Source: a virus
Lineage: Duplodnaviria > Caudoviricetes
Virus record (IMG/VR): IMGVR_UViG_3300020580_000015
Location: 1-60,636 of that record
Length of the DNA stretch: 60,636 nt
Reading direction: 5' to 3' (one strand)
Shown: positions 17,068 through 26,631 of the stretch, piece by piece
Position numbering within the stretch: position 1 is the first letter of the stretch
Layout of the letters: each line of letters opens with the position of its first letter
The notes under the pieces: generated by a model
What the model saw: only the letters and a program-made list of their open reading frames with translations
The model's database searches: none
Told to the model about the DNA's origin: nothing
Program-made: the position numbers and the translations under genes

Positions 17068-18627
17068 TTATGTGTAGAAGAACACAGCCGCGCCGTTCTG
17101 TCCGGCGGAACCGTTGCCGTTCAAGTTCACGCCACCGCCGCCCGCCGCACCGTATGGGCTGCCGTCGCTGGCAATGCTTCCACTCGTGCCCGTGGTACCG
17201 CTGCCGGTAGTGTTAGTAGTGTTGCCACCAGACGCTGTGCCGCCGGCTCCTTGAGCCCCGTCCGCTCCTCCCGTGGCATGAATCCCCGGGCCGCCGCCGT
17301 TAGCTGTCATCGTTGTGAAGCCTGTGACCGTCCCCGCTGTGATCGATCCGGCGCCGCCCGCCGTGCCGTCCCCACCGTTGTACGCGCCGCCCGCGCCGCC
17401 TGCCGGGACGGTGTAGTTGAAGGTGCCGCCACCTCCACCCAACGCCGACGCGGCGTATACGCTGTACGAGAAGCCGCTACATCCGCCGGAGCCGCCAGTG
17501 TTGAATCCGCCACCGGTAGCCGCGTGCGCGCCGCCGCCGCCGCCACCCGACCCCCACACCTCCACTTTAACTGTTGTCGTGCCGAGCGGGATAGCGTCTG
17601 AGCCGCTGCCGCTGGTGAAGATGTGGAGCACCGTCAGGCTGGACAGGTTGATGGTGCCACTAGCGACGACAGGCGAGCCGGTGATGCTGGTCGACAGCTG
17701 GTACGTGCCGTTCGCCACACCCTGCGCGGTTGTGGCTATATTAATCCCGCCGCTGGTGATGTTGGTCCACGCACCCTGCGCCGCAGAGAAGTTCACGCCC
17801 GGCGTACCGCCCGTGCGCGTGATGTTGATGAAATAACCGGCGCCGACGTTGGTCGTTGCTGGCGTGAACCAGTTACCAGGCACCGCGGTGCCGCCGGTCG
17901 CTGTCGTGACACCGTTACCGCCAAATGTGACGGAGGTGGCGTTGATAATTTCTCCGAGCGCCGACGGACTCGAAGCGTACGGCGTGAAATTGTTCCCGTG
18001 CCAGATAGGCGTATAGTACTGCACGCCGTCGCAAGTGATAGGCAGCCAGCCGGCCGGCGAACTGGTCGCCGTGCCGGGCTTATTGGTGGCGGTAAACGTC
18101 GCCGTCTGCGCGCCGGTCGTCGCCGAGCTGTTCACGATCAGTGCAGAGTTACCTGGCAGGTTCGAAGATATCTGCAGCGGTGTGGTGCCGAGCGCGCTGG
18201 CGTTCAACGTGAGCGTGACGCCAGAGCCGCCTGTGTTGGGCGGCGGCATGGTGGCTTCGCCTGTAGGCGCGATACGAAAACCAAACGCGGAGAGCGTGGA
18301 GGTGCCCACTGTTGAGAGCTGTGAAGTGTACGGATCAACCTGCCACTGCTGAACGTTTAGTCGGTTGAAGAACTGCACACGATAGATGATCGACGGATCG
18401 AGATAGATAGCAGGGAACCTACCGAAGTTGTCCGATACGACCTTACCCGTCCCGGCCGACGTGAACGGTGTCGTCAACGTACCGTTCTGGTATACGTTGG
18501 TCGGCGTCGAGGTGCCGGACAAAAAGAATAGGTAGTACGAGTTCGCGAACTTCGGTCCAAGGTCCGACTGCGCCTCGCGATACAGCAGCCCTTCGACAGC
18601 TCGGCCCTTTATCGTTGGGTAGCTCAC
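17068..18627 (-). CDS. tail fibre/virion protein with attachment domain and Gly-rich C-terminus
   Basis: SGTSTPTNVYQ...GRFPAIYL...YRVQ; VEVWGSGGGGG Gly-rich domain. Confidence 0.75.
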   Translation of the reverse strand: MSYPTIKGRAVEGLLYREAQSDLGPKFANSYYLFFLSGTSTPTNVYQNGTLTTPFTSAGTGKVVSDNFGRFPAIYLDPSIIYRVQFFNRLNVQQWQVDPYTSQLSTVGTSTLSAFGFRIAPTGEATMPPPNTGGSGVTLTLNASALGTTPLQISSNLPGNSALIVNSSATTGAQTATFTATNKPGTATSSPAGWLPITCDGVQYYTPIWHGNNFTPYASSPSALGEIINATSVTFGGNGVTTATGGTAVPGNWFTPATTNVGAGYFINITRTGGTPGVNFSAAQGAWTNITSGGINIATTAQGVANGTYQLSTSITGSPVVASGTINLSSLTVLHIFTSGSGSDAIPLGTTTVKVEVWGSGGGGGGAHAATGGGFNTGGSGGCSGFSYSVYAASALGGGGGTFNYTVPAGGAGGAYNGGDGTAGGAGSITAGTVTGFTTMTANGGGPGIHATGGADGAQGAGGTASGGNTTNTTGSGTTGTSGSIASDGSPYGAAGGGGVNLNGNGSAGQNGAAVFFYT

Positions 18628-18628
18628 G

Positions 18629-19249
18629 TTACTGCCAGAGCGGAATGTAGTACGTCGCGCCGTCGCAGGTGAGCGGCAGCCACTTCGTAGGTGCGGTCGT
18701 GCCGGCCCCGGGCTTGTTCGTGGCCGCGAACGTCGCGGTCTGCGCTCCTGCGACCACGGTAGTGTTCGCGATAAGTGCCGGCGCGCCAGCGCCAGACCCT
18801 ATCAATTCCAGCGCGGTGCCGCCCGCCCGTGCGTTCAGCGTCAGCGTGATACCTGTGCCACCGAATATCGGGGCGTTGATAGTCATCTCGCCCTGCGCAT
18901 CGAGCACGATTTGCCCGTTGCCGGTGACCGGCATCGACGGCACGTACGGGTCAACGTCTTCGATCAAGCTCCAGGTCGAGCTGTACAGTTGAACCCGGTA
19001 GATAGTCACCGGGTTCAGGAAAATCGGCGGCATCGCGCCCGTGCCATCAGCCTGGACTATTGAGAACAGCGGCGAGGATCCGTTGAGTGCGGCCGCAGGA
19101 TACGGCAACGTGAGTCCAGCGTCCTGGTACACAATCGCCGGGTTCGTCGTGCCGGACACGTAGAAATTATAATACGCGCCGGGCATCGCAACGCCCAGCG
19201 AAGACAGCGGTCGCGCGACCGGATCATAAAACAGTTGACCTGTTGCCAT
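18629..19249 (-). CDS. short paralogue of the fibre N-terminal region
   Basis: SGTTNPAIVYQD...PPIFL...YRVQ; GAQTATF.ATNKPG...WLP.TCDG shared with downstream gene. Confidence 0.75.
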   Translation of the reverse strand: MATGQLFYDPVARPLSSLGVAMPGAYYNFYVSGTTNPAIVYQDAGLTLPYPAAALNGSSPLFSIVQADGTGAMPPIFLNPVTIYRVQLYSSTWSLIEDVDPYVPSMPVTGNGQIVLDAQGEMTINAPIFGGTGITLTLNARAGGTALELIGSGAGAPALIANTTVVAGAQTATFAATNKPGAGTTAPTKWLPLTCDGATYYIPLWQ

Positions 19250-21034
19250 TTACTCTTCGTCCTTTGGTGCGCTCTTACCTGCCGCCCGTCGTTCCTGTCT
19301 GACCTGCTCTAACCGCTCTGCCGCTGAAATGAGGGCAGGTCGGAGAGCTTTTGCAGCAGCCTCGCGCGCTTTGCTTGAACTGGCTGTGTCGGCGCCTTGG
19401 CTCTTCCACTCAGCCATCCGGTCAGCATTTGCTGCAAAGCTTGAGGACTGGAGGAGTCCGCGGTGTTCGCTGGTGCTAAAGAGTTGGTGGAAGTCGGGGG
19501 TACTGCGGATGAGTTCATCTGTGATCGCTCCTTTCTTGACTAAATCGGGAATGCTGATATCGCTGCCTTTCTCTTCAGCGTGCTCGTAGGCGGTCTTCGC
19601 CCACGACCACACGGTCTCTTGCACTTCGGCCGGCGTCCACGTCTCGCCTGTGAGGTGTGAGATCATGCGCGCGGCTTCACGCACCTTCGCGCTCATCGCA
19701 AGGTATGTTGGAGACTTGCCGGGACCGGCGGCATTTAGACTGCCGCTCATTTTTGAACCCTTGGCTGACGGGTCTATCTTGGCGAATGATGCCATCCATG
19801 CATCGTTCGTCACCTCATGCACGTTGTTGGTGAGGTTGTTATAGAAGCTGTGCACCTTAGGTCCAGACAGCTTGATGTTGGTCGGATCATACGCGGTGAG
19901 TGCACGCACGGAGTTGTTCACCCACGCATCGAGCACGTTCGAAGATCCCGGCGCCGCCTTCGCACTCTTCTGCGAACTTTGCTCCATGATGGCGCGAATC
20001 TCTGACGGATCTTCCGGTCGGCCAGCCTTGTCCCAGTTGATGAAGGTCTTCAGCGCGTTCGCGAAGTTGGTCTGCACGCTCACCTGCGGTGACATGGCGG
20101 ACAACAGGCCAGCGAAGCGCGGCGCATCTGGACCGAACTGGTTCACGATGGTCTGCGCGCTGTTCTTGTACCAGCCACGCTTGGCAGCGCCCGCGAGCGC
20201 GGCCGCGGCGTACTCTTTCGTTGCCGGCGCGCTATTGAACGCGTCGATCAATCGTTTCGTGGTGTCGGTTCGCAGCTGCGAGCGTTCTTTGTCGGTCAAC
20301 TGGTTCGTGATGTGGTGCTCGTCCGCACCGACACCTTCCTCAGCCGACTTCACGACGTCCCGCGGCAAGAGACCAGCTTTCTGATCCGCGTAGATCGTGT
20401 CCGCACCCGAGGCGCCTTTGTTGAGCGCGCCCGCTGGCCCCGAGTTAACCCAGGAGTTTTGTCCCAGCGTCTCCGCATCCATTGCGCCACGAGCTTCTGG
20501 AGAATACATCTGACGATGGGCTCGCCAAGCATTATATTCACCGTTCGCTCTGAAGCCGTTCCCTTCCGCAGCGTGACCGTAGTAATCGTGCACCGCTCGG
20601 AAGAGATCGTTGTACGTCGCATCTTTACCGCCCATCTGGATCGGCGCTTTCTCCATCAACGGATGATCGGCCGCAGCGGCATCAGATGAACCGAAGCCAG
20701 CCTCCGTCGGATAGATGCTCATGTGATTGTTGTCGCGAACGTCCGCGTGCATCTCGCGTGGGTTCTTGTACGGGTAGTCGGTGTCGAGACTGGTCTTGAC
20801 GCCGGCCTTCATCATCTGCTTGTACTGCGCCAAGGTCTCTGCCTTGAACGCTGCGTACGACTTCGCGACCTTCGGGTTCGTCGGGTCGTGCTTCATTGCA
20901 TCGTACGCGTCGGCAACATTCTTCGCGACCTTCGGGTCGATGAAGCGATAGGAATCGAGCGGCTTGTAGTCGATGCCGGCGCTCTTGGCGTAGACCGCGG
21001 CCGCTGCGCGTGCTTTGCCATTGGGTCTGTCCCA
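19250..21034 (-). CDS. C-terminal continuation (-1 frame) of the giant ejection protein; zincin-like (HDYYGH) and HhH-glycosylase-like (DUF7178-type) domains
   Basis: Frame is open 46 codons upstream of ATG 20896 with protein-like ARAAAAVYAKSAGIDY; FRAVHDYYGH; GWY...LSAMSPQ...N...GPKVHSFY...D.W...VQETVW. Confidence 0.7.
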   Translation of the reverse strand, partial: WDRPNGKARAAAAVYAKSAGIDYKPLDSYRFIDPKVAKNVADAYDAMKHDPTNPKVAKSYAAFKAETLAQYKQMMKAGVKTSLDTDYPYKNPREMHADVRDNNHMSIYPTEAGFGSSDAAAADHPLMEKAPIQMGGKDATYNDLFRAVHDYYGHAAEGNGFRANGEYNAWRAHRQMYSPEARGAMDAETLGQNSWVNSGPAGALNKGASGADTIYADQKAGLLPRDVVKSAEEGVGADEHHITNQLTDKERSQLRTDTTKRLIDAFNSAPATKEYAAAALAGAAKRGWYKNSAQTIVNQFGPDAPRFAGLLSAMSPQVSVQTNFANALKTFINWDKAGRPEDPSEIRAIMEQSSQKSAKAAPGSSNVLDAWVNNSVRALTAYDPTNIKLSGPKVHSFYNNLTNNVHEVTNDAWMASFAKIDPSAKGSKMSGSLNAAGPGKSPTYLAMSAKVREAARMISHLTGETWTPAEVQETVWSWAKTAYEHAEEKGSDISIPDLVKKGAITDELIRSTPDFHQLFSTSEHRGLLQSSSFAANADRMAEWKSQGADTASSSKAREAAAKALRPALISAAERLEQVRQERRAAGKSAPKDEE

Positions 21035-24000
21035 TCAGTAGGAGCGCCGGCCAGCGGCTTCTCGTTCATGACGCGAACGGAGCCGCGCTGATTCGACGGG
21101 CCGCGGATGCCTACCACACGCTCAGCTTTGTCGCGTAGCTCGGTATCTTTATCCATCATATCCTGATCCGCACCGTTCAGCTTCTCGCTGACGTTCTCAG
21201 AGATATCAAGAATCTTATTCTTGAGCCTTTTACCGATGGAGTTATCGCCTCTGATGCCTAGGAAGCGTTCCACGTTGTCGCGTACGTCGGTGGCTTTATC
21301 CATGACGTCTTGATCGAAGCCGTGAAGACTCTCACCCACATCTTCCATCTTATCGCGTACCTTGTTCGCGACGTCTTTCATTACTTGTACGGATCCACGC
21401 TGTCCCGAAAGTCGGCGCAGAATGTCGTTCTGCTCAGCGGTGAGCGGCTTGCGGCCGCCCATCTGCGCATTGGCAACACGCTCGTTCCGTTCATTGCGGG
21501 GTTCAATTCCAACACCGCGTTGTCGGTCACGAGCTGCAGATGTGGCGTTGTTCAACTCATTGTCGTTTTGAAACGAGAACGAACCGCGCTGTCCCGGGTG
21601 ACCGCGGAACTGTTTGGCGTCGAACTTATCCCAGCCCTGTTCCTTCGCAATAGCTTCGTGACTGGGCGCGACGTGCATGGACTCAACACCGGCATCCGTG
21701 CGCTGCGGGATCGCTGACTGTTTGGTCTTGGCGAGAACCTTCTGCATCTCAGGATCAGACAGCGGCCGGTCGGTGCTTGCCACGAGCGTCGGCTCGGACA
21801 CACCATGTTCTTTCGGTGTGAGAACAGAAGTTTTCGTGGTCTTCGCGCCGGTCGATTCGATGGCACCCTGCGCTTCCTGTTTGCTCATGCTACGGAAACC
21901 GGGCTGGCCTTCCTGTCCCTGGTGCAGGCCGACGTTGAGCGTCGAGCCTTTACCTTTCGGCGGACGCACCTCGAAGACGTGATCGCCGTGCGCCTTCAGT
22001 TCACCTTGAACGTTCTCGTAGGGCTTCGCTTTAACGTCGTAGCCTAGTTTCACGAGATTCTTATAGGCGCCTGCCTGACTCTCGGAAACCTGACTGTCGC
22101 TATGAAACGTCTGCCCGGCCTCGTGTGCGTCATCGACAGCGCGCTGCAGTGTGCGGGTACCCCACCCCTTGCCGCGCTCCGCCGCGGGCTGTGTCGCTCT
22201 ATATGATTTTCTTACGCCCAGCCCAGGTATCTCTCTGACGTCCAACCCGCCACCGTGCGGCGTGCTGTAGCTGTGGTACCGCAAGCCAAGGCTGGGCGCG
22301 TCCTCTACCTCGTGGTTGACAGCATCGCGCTGACTGAGATCTCCTACCGCGCCGCGCTGTTTGCCCGTGCGGTCAACGATGCGCTTCGCCACCGCTTTGT
22401 CGCGAGACGATTCAGATATCTTGCCGCCGAGACCTTCGACACCGCGCTCCATCGCGCGGCCGACCATGCGGCCGACGACCGGGATGTCATGAGCCAGACC
22501 CGAGGCGATGTTGCCGCCGGCTTCGAGGATGTGACCCACCGTTCCGGTGCGCTCGGTCTGAGCCGCGGCACCGGGGTAGTGCTTGTCCATGTGCAGCGTG
22601 TTGCCGGCATCGTTGATCGTCTTTAGGTTATTGAGGACGTCGGGACGATCTTTGAACAGCGCCGGAGCGTTGCGCGCATAGCGGTCCGCTGCGTTGTAAA
22701 ACTTGCGAGCGTTCCAGCTGCCATCGGCGTTCCGCGCAGCGTTGTGCATGCGGCTGATGACGTGCGCTTGTATCTCACGCAGCGCCGCCGCGCTACCTTC
22801 CGCCAGCTCACCGCCACCCAAATGCGCGCCGGCACGCAGCACGTTCAGGACGTGCTCGTGTTGCTCACGCGGCAGGTCGGCGATGTAGTCCATCACCTTG
22901 TGCTCGGGGATCGCATGATTGATGCCCTGGCTGTCAGATGGCGCCAAGAGTTTCTTGATGCCGGTAGGCTCTTCGAGCATCTGCGCGCTGTGACGTCGCA
23001 TCGCACGCGCGGCCTGGAAGAGTCCCGGGCCACCGTGTTCAGCGACGTCCATATCGAGATGGTTCTTCAGATCCTTGGCAACACCCATCGCGTTGGGGTT
23101 GCGACCCTTCTCGTTCAAAAATTCACGCATACGCTCGGCCGCATTCACGCTGCCGGGCGGTGTGCCTTTGTCAGGATCACCGATCGTCCACAATCGCTCC
23201 ATGCGTTGCTTCGCGGCGCGCTGCAGGCCGATCTCCGCATCATTGGTGAAGTTCGAGTCATCGTTCAGATAGTCACTGACCCGCTGCAGCTTAGAGATCG
23301 GTCGGCCCTGGTTCTGCGAGCGGGCGGTGTCGTAGATCTGATCGGTGGCCTTGTCGAACCATCCCTCGATACCCTGGATAGCGTTGCGCGCCACGCGGCC
23401 GCGGTCGCCCAAGGTCTGGCTGTCGACGCTGTTCTCGAATTCTGACCCGATGCTGTTGTGTACGTTCTCGGTAGCAGTGTGCATCGCGGCGTTCTCGCTC
23501 GCGACCTGTTTGCGCATCTGCTCGTTGCCGACTTCCTTCATCTGGAAATCGTCCCCGGTGGCGTTGTAGTCGCCGGTCAGAGCCGAGAGACGGCGGGTAG
23601 GGAGCTGGCCGCCGGACAGCCGGTCAATGGCGTCCAGGTGACCAGCGCGCTCGTTCTGCTGCTCGGGGGCAGGTGTTTCCTTCGGACCTTCCTCAGCTGG
23701 GGAGTTGAAGATCCGCACGGAGCCGCGCTGGCTGTCGAGCGCGTCCAGCGCCCGGTTCGCCGCATGGCGCTCGGCGGGGGTAATTGGGCCGGCAGGAGTC
23801 GCCGGCTGGGCGGCAGTTTCTTGGACGGAGGGTTGGGTCTCGGCTGCCGGCGTCGGCTCAGCGGGCTTCGCAGGAGGCGCAGCAGGGGATCTGCCGTCTT
23901 CGGTGGCTGACCGGTGGAGGGTGCCTTCGGGGGCCGGGATCGGGTTCGGCGCGGCGCGTAGCGTGTCGCCCGTGATAGGTTCGCCGGTTGGCGGCTTCAG

Positions 24001-24732
24001 GGACGGCTCGGGCGTCGGCTCGGGTGCCGTAGCTGAAGCCGCTTCACTGGCGGCGAAGCGCTTGGCAGCGCCCACGCCGGCCTTCATGCCCTTGACCCCG
24101 GCACGCACCGTGCCAGGCGCGCCGAGCGCCGGCAGGTCGGTACCGATGTCCTGGGCCACGTCGCCCACGGCCTGGTAGGCGTTGTCTGGCAGCACCTTGC
24201 CGAGGGTGCTGTCGGACGTTTCCTTGATCAGGTTCGCCGGCAGGCCGGTGAGATCGTTCGAAAACTCAGCGCCGCGCTTCGTGGCCGGCACATAGTTCGC
24301 TAGGTTGTTGACGTTCTTCGCCCACTCACGCCCACGGTCGCGACCGCGCTCAAGCGCTTTGCCGGCGAGGTCTGTGTCTCCTGTGCCTAAAGCCGCTACA
24401 GCGTCCGCTGCGCCGCTCGCCTGACCGGCAATGCTGGCGACGCCCGCTGGAACGGACAGCGCGATGCCGGCCGCAGCTCGCGGTAGACCAGTGAGTTGCG
24501 ACACTGCCTTGCGTGCCGTCGGCTGGTAGTTGCCCTGGTTCACCGGGTTCTTCATGAACTCATCGAGCGCGTACTGGGTAGCCGGATAGGTGCCGGTGGC
24601 TTTCTTGAACAGCTCCTTGGGCTCGGGCATGCCGTCCGTCGGGTCCGCCTGCGCCGCCGGACTCAGGCCGATGGAACTGGGGTCAGGCATGCCGCTGATG
24701 TCTACGTTATCATCGGCCACAGGATCGGCCAT
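20893..24732 (-). CDS. giant internal virion/ejection protein (P22 gp16 position), modular, with GNAT-like domain
   Basis: Third of three ejection-position genes; ERGKGWG acetyl-CoA-binding motif; repeated QRG[SA][VF]. Confidence 0.75.
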   Translation of the reverse strand: MADPVADDNVDISGMPDPSSIGLSPAAQADPTDGMPEPKELFKKATGTYPATQYALDEFMKNPVNQGNYQPTARKAVSQLTGLPRAAAGIALSVPAGVASIAGQASGAADAVAALGTGDTDLAGKALERGRDRGREWAKNVNNLANYVPATKRGAEFSNDLTGLPANLIKETSDSTLGKVLPDNAYQAVGDVAQDIGTDLPALGAPGTVRAGVKGMKAGVGAAKRFAASEAASATAPEPTPEPSLKPPTGEPITGDTLRAAPNPIPAPEGTLHRSATEDGRSPAAPPAKPAEPTPAAETQPSVQETAAQPATPAGPITPAERHAANRALDALDSQRGSVRIFNSPAEEGPKETPAPEQQNERAGHLDAIDRLSGGQLPTRRLSALTGDYNATGDDFQMKEVGNEQMRKQVASENAAMHTATENVHNSIGSEFENSVDSQTLGDRGRVARNAIQGIEGWFDKATDQIYDTARSQNQGRPISKLQRVSDYLNDDSNFTNDAEIGLQRAAKQRMERLWTIGDPDKGTPPGSVNAAERMREFLNEKGRNPNAMGVAKDLKNHLDMDVAEHGGPGLFQAARAMRRHSAQMLEEPTGIKKLLAPSDSQGINHAIPEHKVMDYIADLPREQHEHVLNVLRAGAHLGGGELAEGSAAALREIQAHVISRMHNAARNADGSWNARKFYNAADRYARNAPALFKDRPDVLNNLKTINDAGNTLHMDKHYPGAAAQTERTGTVGHILEAGGNIASGLAHDIPVVGRMVGRAMERGVEGLGGKISESSRDKAVAKRIVDRTGKQRGAVGDLSQRDAVNHEVEDAPSLGLRYHSYSTPHGGGLDVREIPGLGVRKSYRATQPAAERGKGWGTRTLQRAVDDAHEAGQTFHSDSQVSESQAGAYKNLVKLGYDVKAKPYENVQGELKAHGDHVFEVRPPKGKGSTLNVGLHQGQEGQPGFRSMSKQEAQGAIESTGAKTTKTSVLTPKEHGVSEPTLVASTDRPLSDPEMQKVLAKTKQSAIPQRTDAGVESMHVAPSHEAIAKEQGWDKFDAKQFRGHPGQRGSFSFQNDNELNNATSAARDRQRGVGIEPRNERNERVANAQMGGRKPLTAEQNDILRRLSGQRGSVQVMKDVANKVRDKMEDVGESLHGFDQDVMDKATDVRDNVERFLGIRGDNSIGKRLKNKILDISENVSEKLNGADQDMMDKDTELRDKAERVVGIRGPSNQRGSVRVMNEKPLAGAPTDGTDPMAKHAQRPRSTPRAPASTTSRSIPIASSTRRSRRMLPTRTMQ

Positions 24733-26630
24733 TAGTTCATACCTAACGCTTTACGCGTCGCTTTTTCGTCCTGAAGTCCATGCTTCTGCATGTACGCTCT
24801 CACCTGTGCATCATTGTATTTCGGGGCAGTGACGCCCGCGTTGGGTTTCGCTGGAGTCGGAACAGTTTCCGTCTCCATCGGGAAGTGATCCTGGTTCCAC
24901 GTCGCGAACTGATTCGCATCCTTGCCGCCGTGCAGATACGCCGGCACGCGCTTCGCGGAGTCGACAGTGTACTGTGCCACCTTCGCACCCTTCGCTATCA
25001 TGTCGCGCATCGCCGTTGGATCCATGCCGGGCGACGGGTTCAACTCAGTGAGCAGCATCTTCGCTTCCATCTGAGTCATCTTCGCGAAGATGCCTTTACC
25101 AGACTGTAGCGCCGCGACGCCCAGGTACTTGGCAACTTCCTGGTAGTCGCCGGTCATGTGATTCTGCCAACCAGCCGGCAGCCACCGAGAATACTTCGCC
25201 AGCTCCGCGTTCCACGCGCCGCCATCGTAGCGACCTTTCGCGAGCACGTCCTGCGCGGCCTTGTACATCGTCAACGCAGCGGACGCAGCGCCGATACCTT
25301 GGCTCGAATCCTTCGCGAGGTTGTTACGCGCTGCGGTTTGATTCTTCATGTCTTCGAGCACGGCGGGTGGCGGCGTGTGGCCGATCTGCGGCTTGTACGG
25401 CTCACCGTTGTTCGACGGCGTGTAGTTGTACTTGTCGTCGTGCAGCGCGTCGGTCAACTTAGGATCGATGTTGCCCTGCGCGTTGCGCGCGGCGCCAACG
25501 CCGTTCTGAGACTTCGGTGTCCCGTCGGCATTCGTACCTGGCGCATCGGCGTGCTGACCTTGAACTCTATCGAGCGCCGCCTGTGCGGTAGCTCGGGCCT
25601 CCTGCTTCTGCGCGCTGGCTGCGGGTAAGGTAGAGGCGGCGCCCGGCAGCCCTTGCTGAGACGCACGCACCATCATCCAGTCGCCGGGACCGTTGATGTT
25701 CTTCGCGCCGCCCATCTGCGCGGCCTTCCACGGAGCGACCTTGATCTTGCCGCCGTTGCCGTCGTCCATCTCGACCGACGGCGTGATCGCTTCATGCGCA
25801 AGCTTCACGTACTGGTCGGTCGAGAGACCGACCTTCTCGACGCCTGGGATTGGGATGCCCGTCACTTCATCTCGATACACTCCAGCGTCATCTTTCACCG
25901 CCTTGCGTCCGGTATATTGGTGCACGGAGCCGGCGGCGTGAGACGCGAACATGCGTGCGGCAGAGTCTTCGTCCTGCGCAGCTTCTGAGTCCGGCTCCTT
26001 CGAGAATTGGCGACGGATAGCGGCCACGGTATCAGGGTGCGAGGCTTCTAGCACGTCCATCGCGTTACCTTCCGGCGCGTCGGTTACAGCGTGCATCTTG
26101 TCAAATTCGTTATTCGCTCCGAGCTGGCTCTGTTGCGTCTGCTGCGCAATGCGAAACTCGCGCTGCGCCATCACGGCCTGCGGACCTACGCCATATTTGC
26201 CGGTAGGATCCGCCGCGTACGCCTTACTAAGCCCATCGCTCTCTTGTGGCGTTACCGCCGGTACGAAGAAGTGTTTTCGATATGCCGCATCGATCTTGTC
26301 TGGCTGATAGAAGTTTTGGTCTGGAGCGACAGCGGACTTATTCTGCGACGCTACGCCTTTAGGTTCAGCGCCTGCGCCGGATGCTTCGTCATCGTCGACA
26401 CCAGACTGATCACCCGCGCCAGTAGTCTCGCCATGCAATCGCGAGAGGATCAGCGGCAGGCGCGCCTTCAGGATCTGATTTTCCATGGCAGCAGCTTGTG
26501 TTTGCTGCTGCACGTTTTGCGTCTGCGCGCCAGCGAGACCTTGATTGGTGGTCGCAGTTGGCCCGTAGTTCTGCGACGCGATGTTCGCGAGGCCGAGGTT
26601 GAATGAGCCGTTGTCAGATATATCGGCCAT
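24732..26630 (-). CDS. ejection protein (P22 gp20 position)
   Basis: Synteny; Q/A-rich helical sequence. Confidence 0.65.
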   Translation of the reverse strand: MADISDNGSFNLGLANIASQNYGPTATTNQGLAGAQTQNVQQQTQAAAMENQILKARLPLILSRLHGETTGAGDQSGVDDDEASGAGAEPKGVASQNKSAVAPDQNFYQPDKIDAAYRKHFFVPAVTPQESDGLSKAYAADPTGKYGVGPQAVMAQREFRIAQQTQQSQLGANNEFDKMHAVTDAPEGNAMDVLEASHPDTVAAIRRQFSKEPDSEAAQDEDSAARMFASHAAGSVHQYTGRKAVKDDAGVYRDEVTGIPIPGVEKVGLSTDQYVKLAHEAITPSVEMDDGNGGKIKVAPWKAAQMGGAKNINGPGDWMMVRASQQGLPGAASTLPAASAQKQEARATAQAALDRVQGQHADAPGTNADGTPKSQNGVGAARNAQGNIDPKLTDALHDDKYNYTPSNNGEPYKPQIGHTPPPAVLEDMKNQTAARNNLAKDSSQGIGAASAALTMYKAAQDVLAKGRYDGGAWNAELAKYSRWLPAGWQNHMTGDYQEVAKYLGVAALQSGKGIFAKMTQMEAKMLLTELNPSPGMDPTAMRDMIAKGAKVAQYTVDSAKRVPAYLHGGKDANQFATWNQDHFPMETETVPTPAKPNAGVTAPKYNDAQVRAYMQKHGLQDEKATRKALGMN

Positions 26631-26631
26631 A

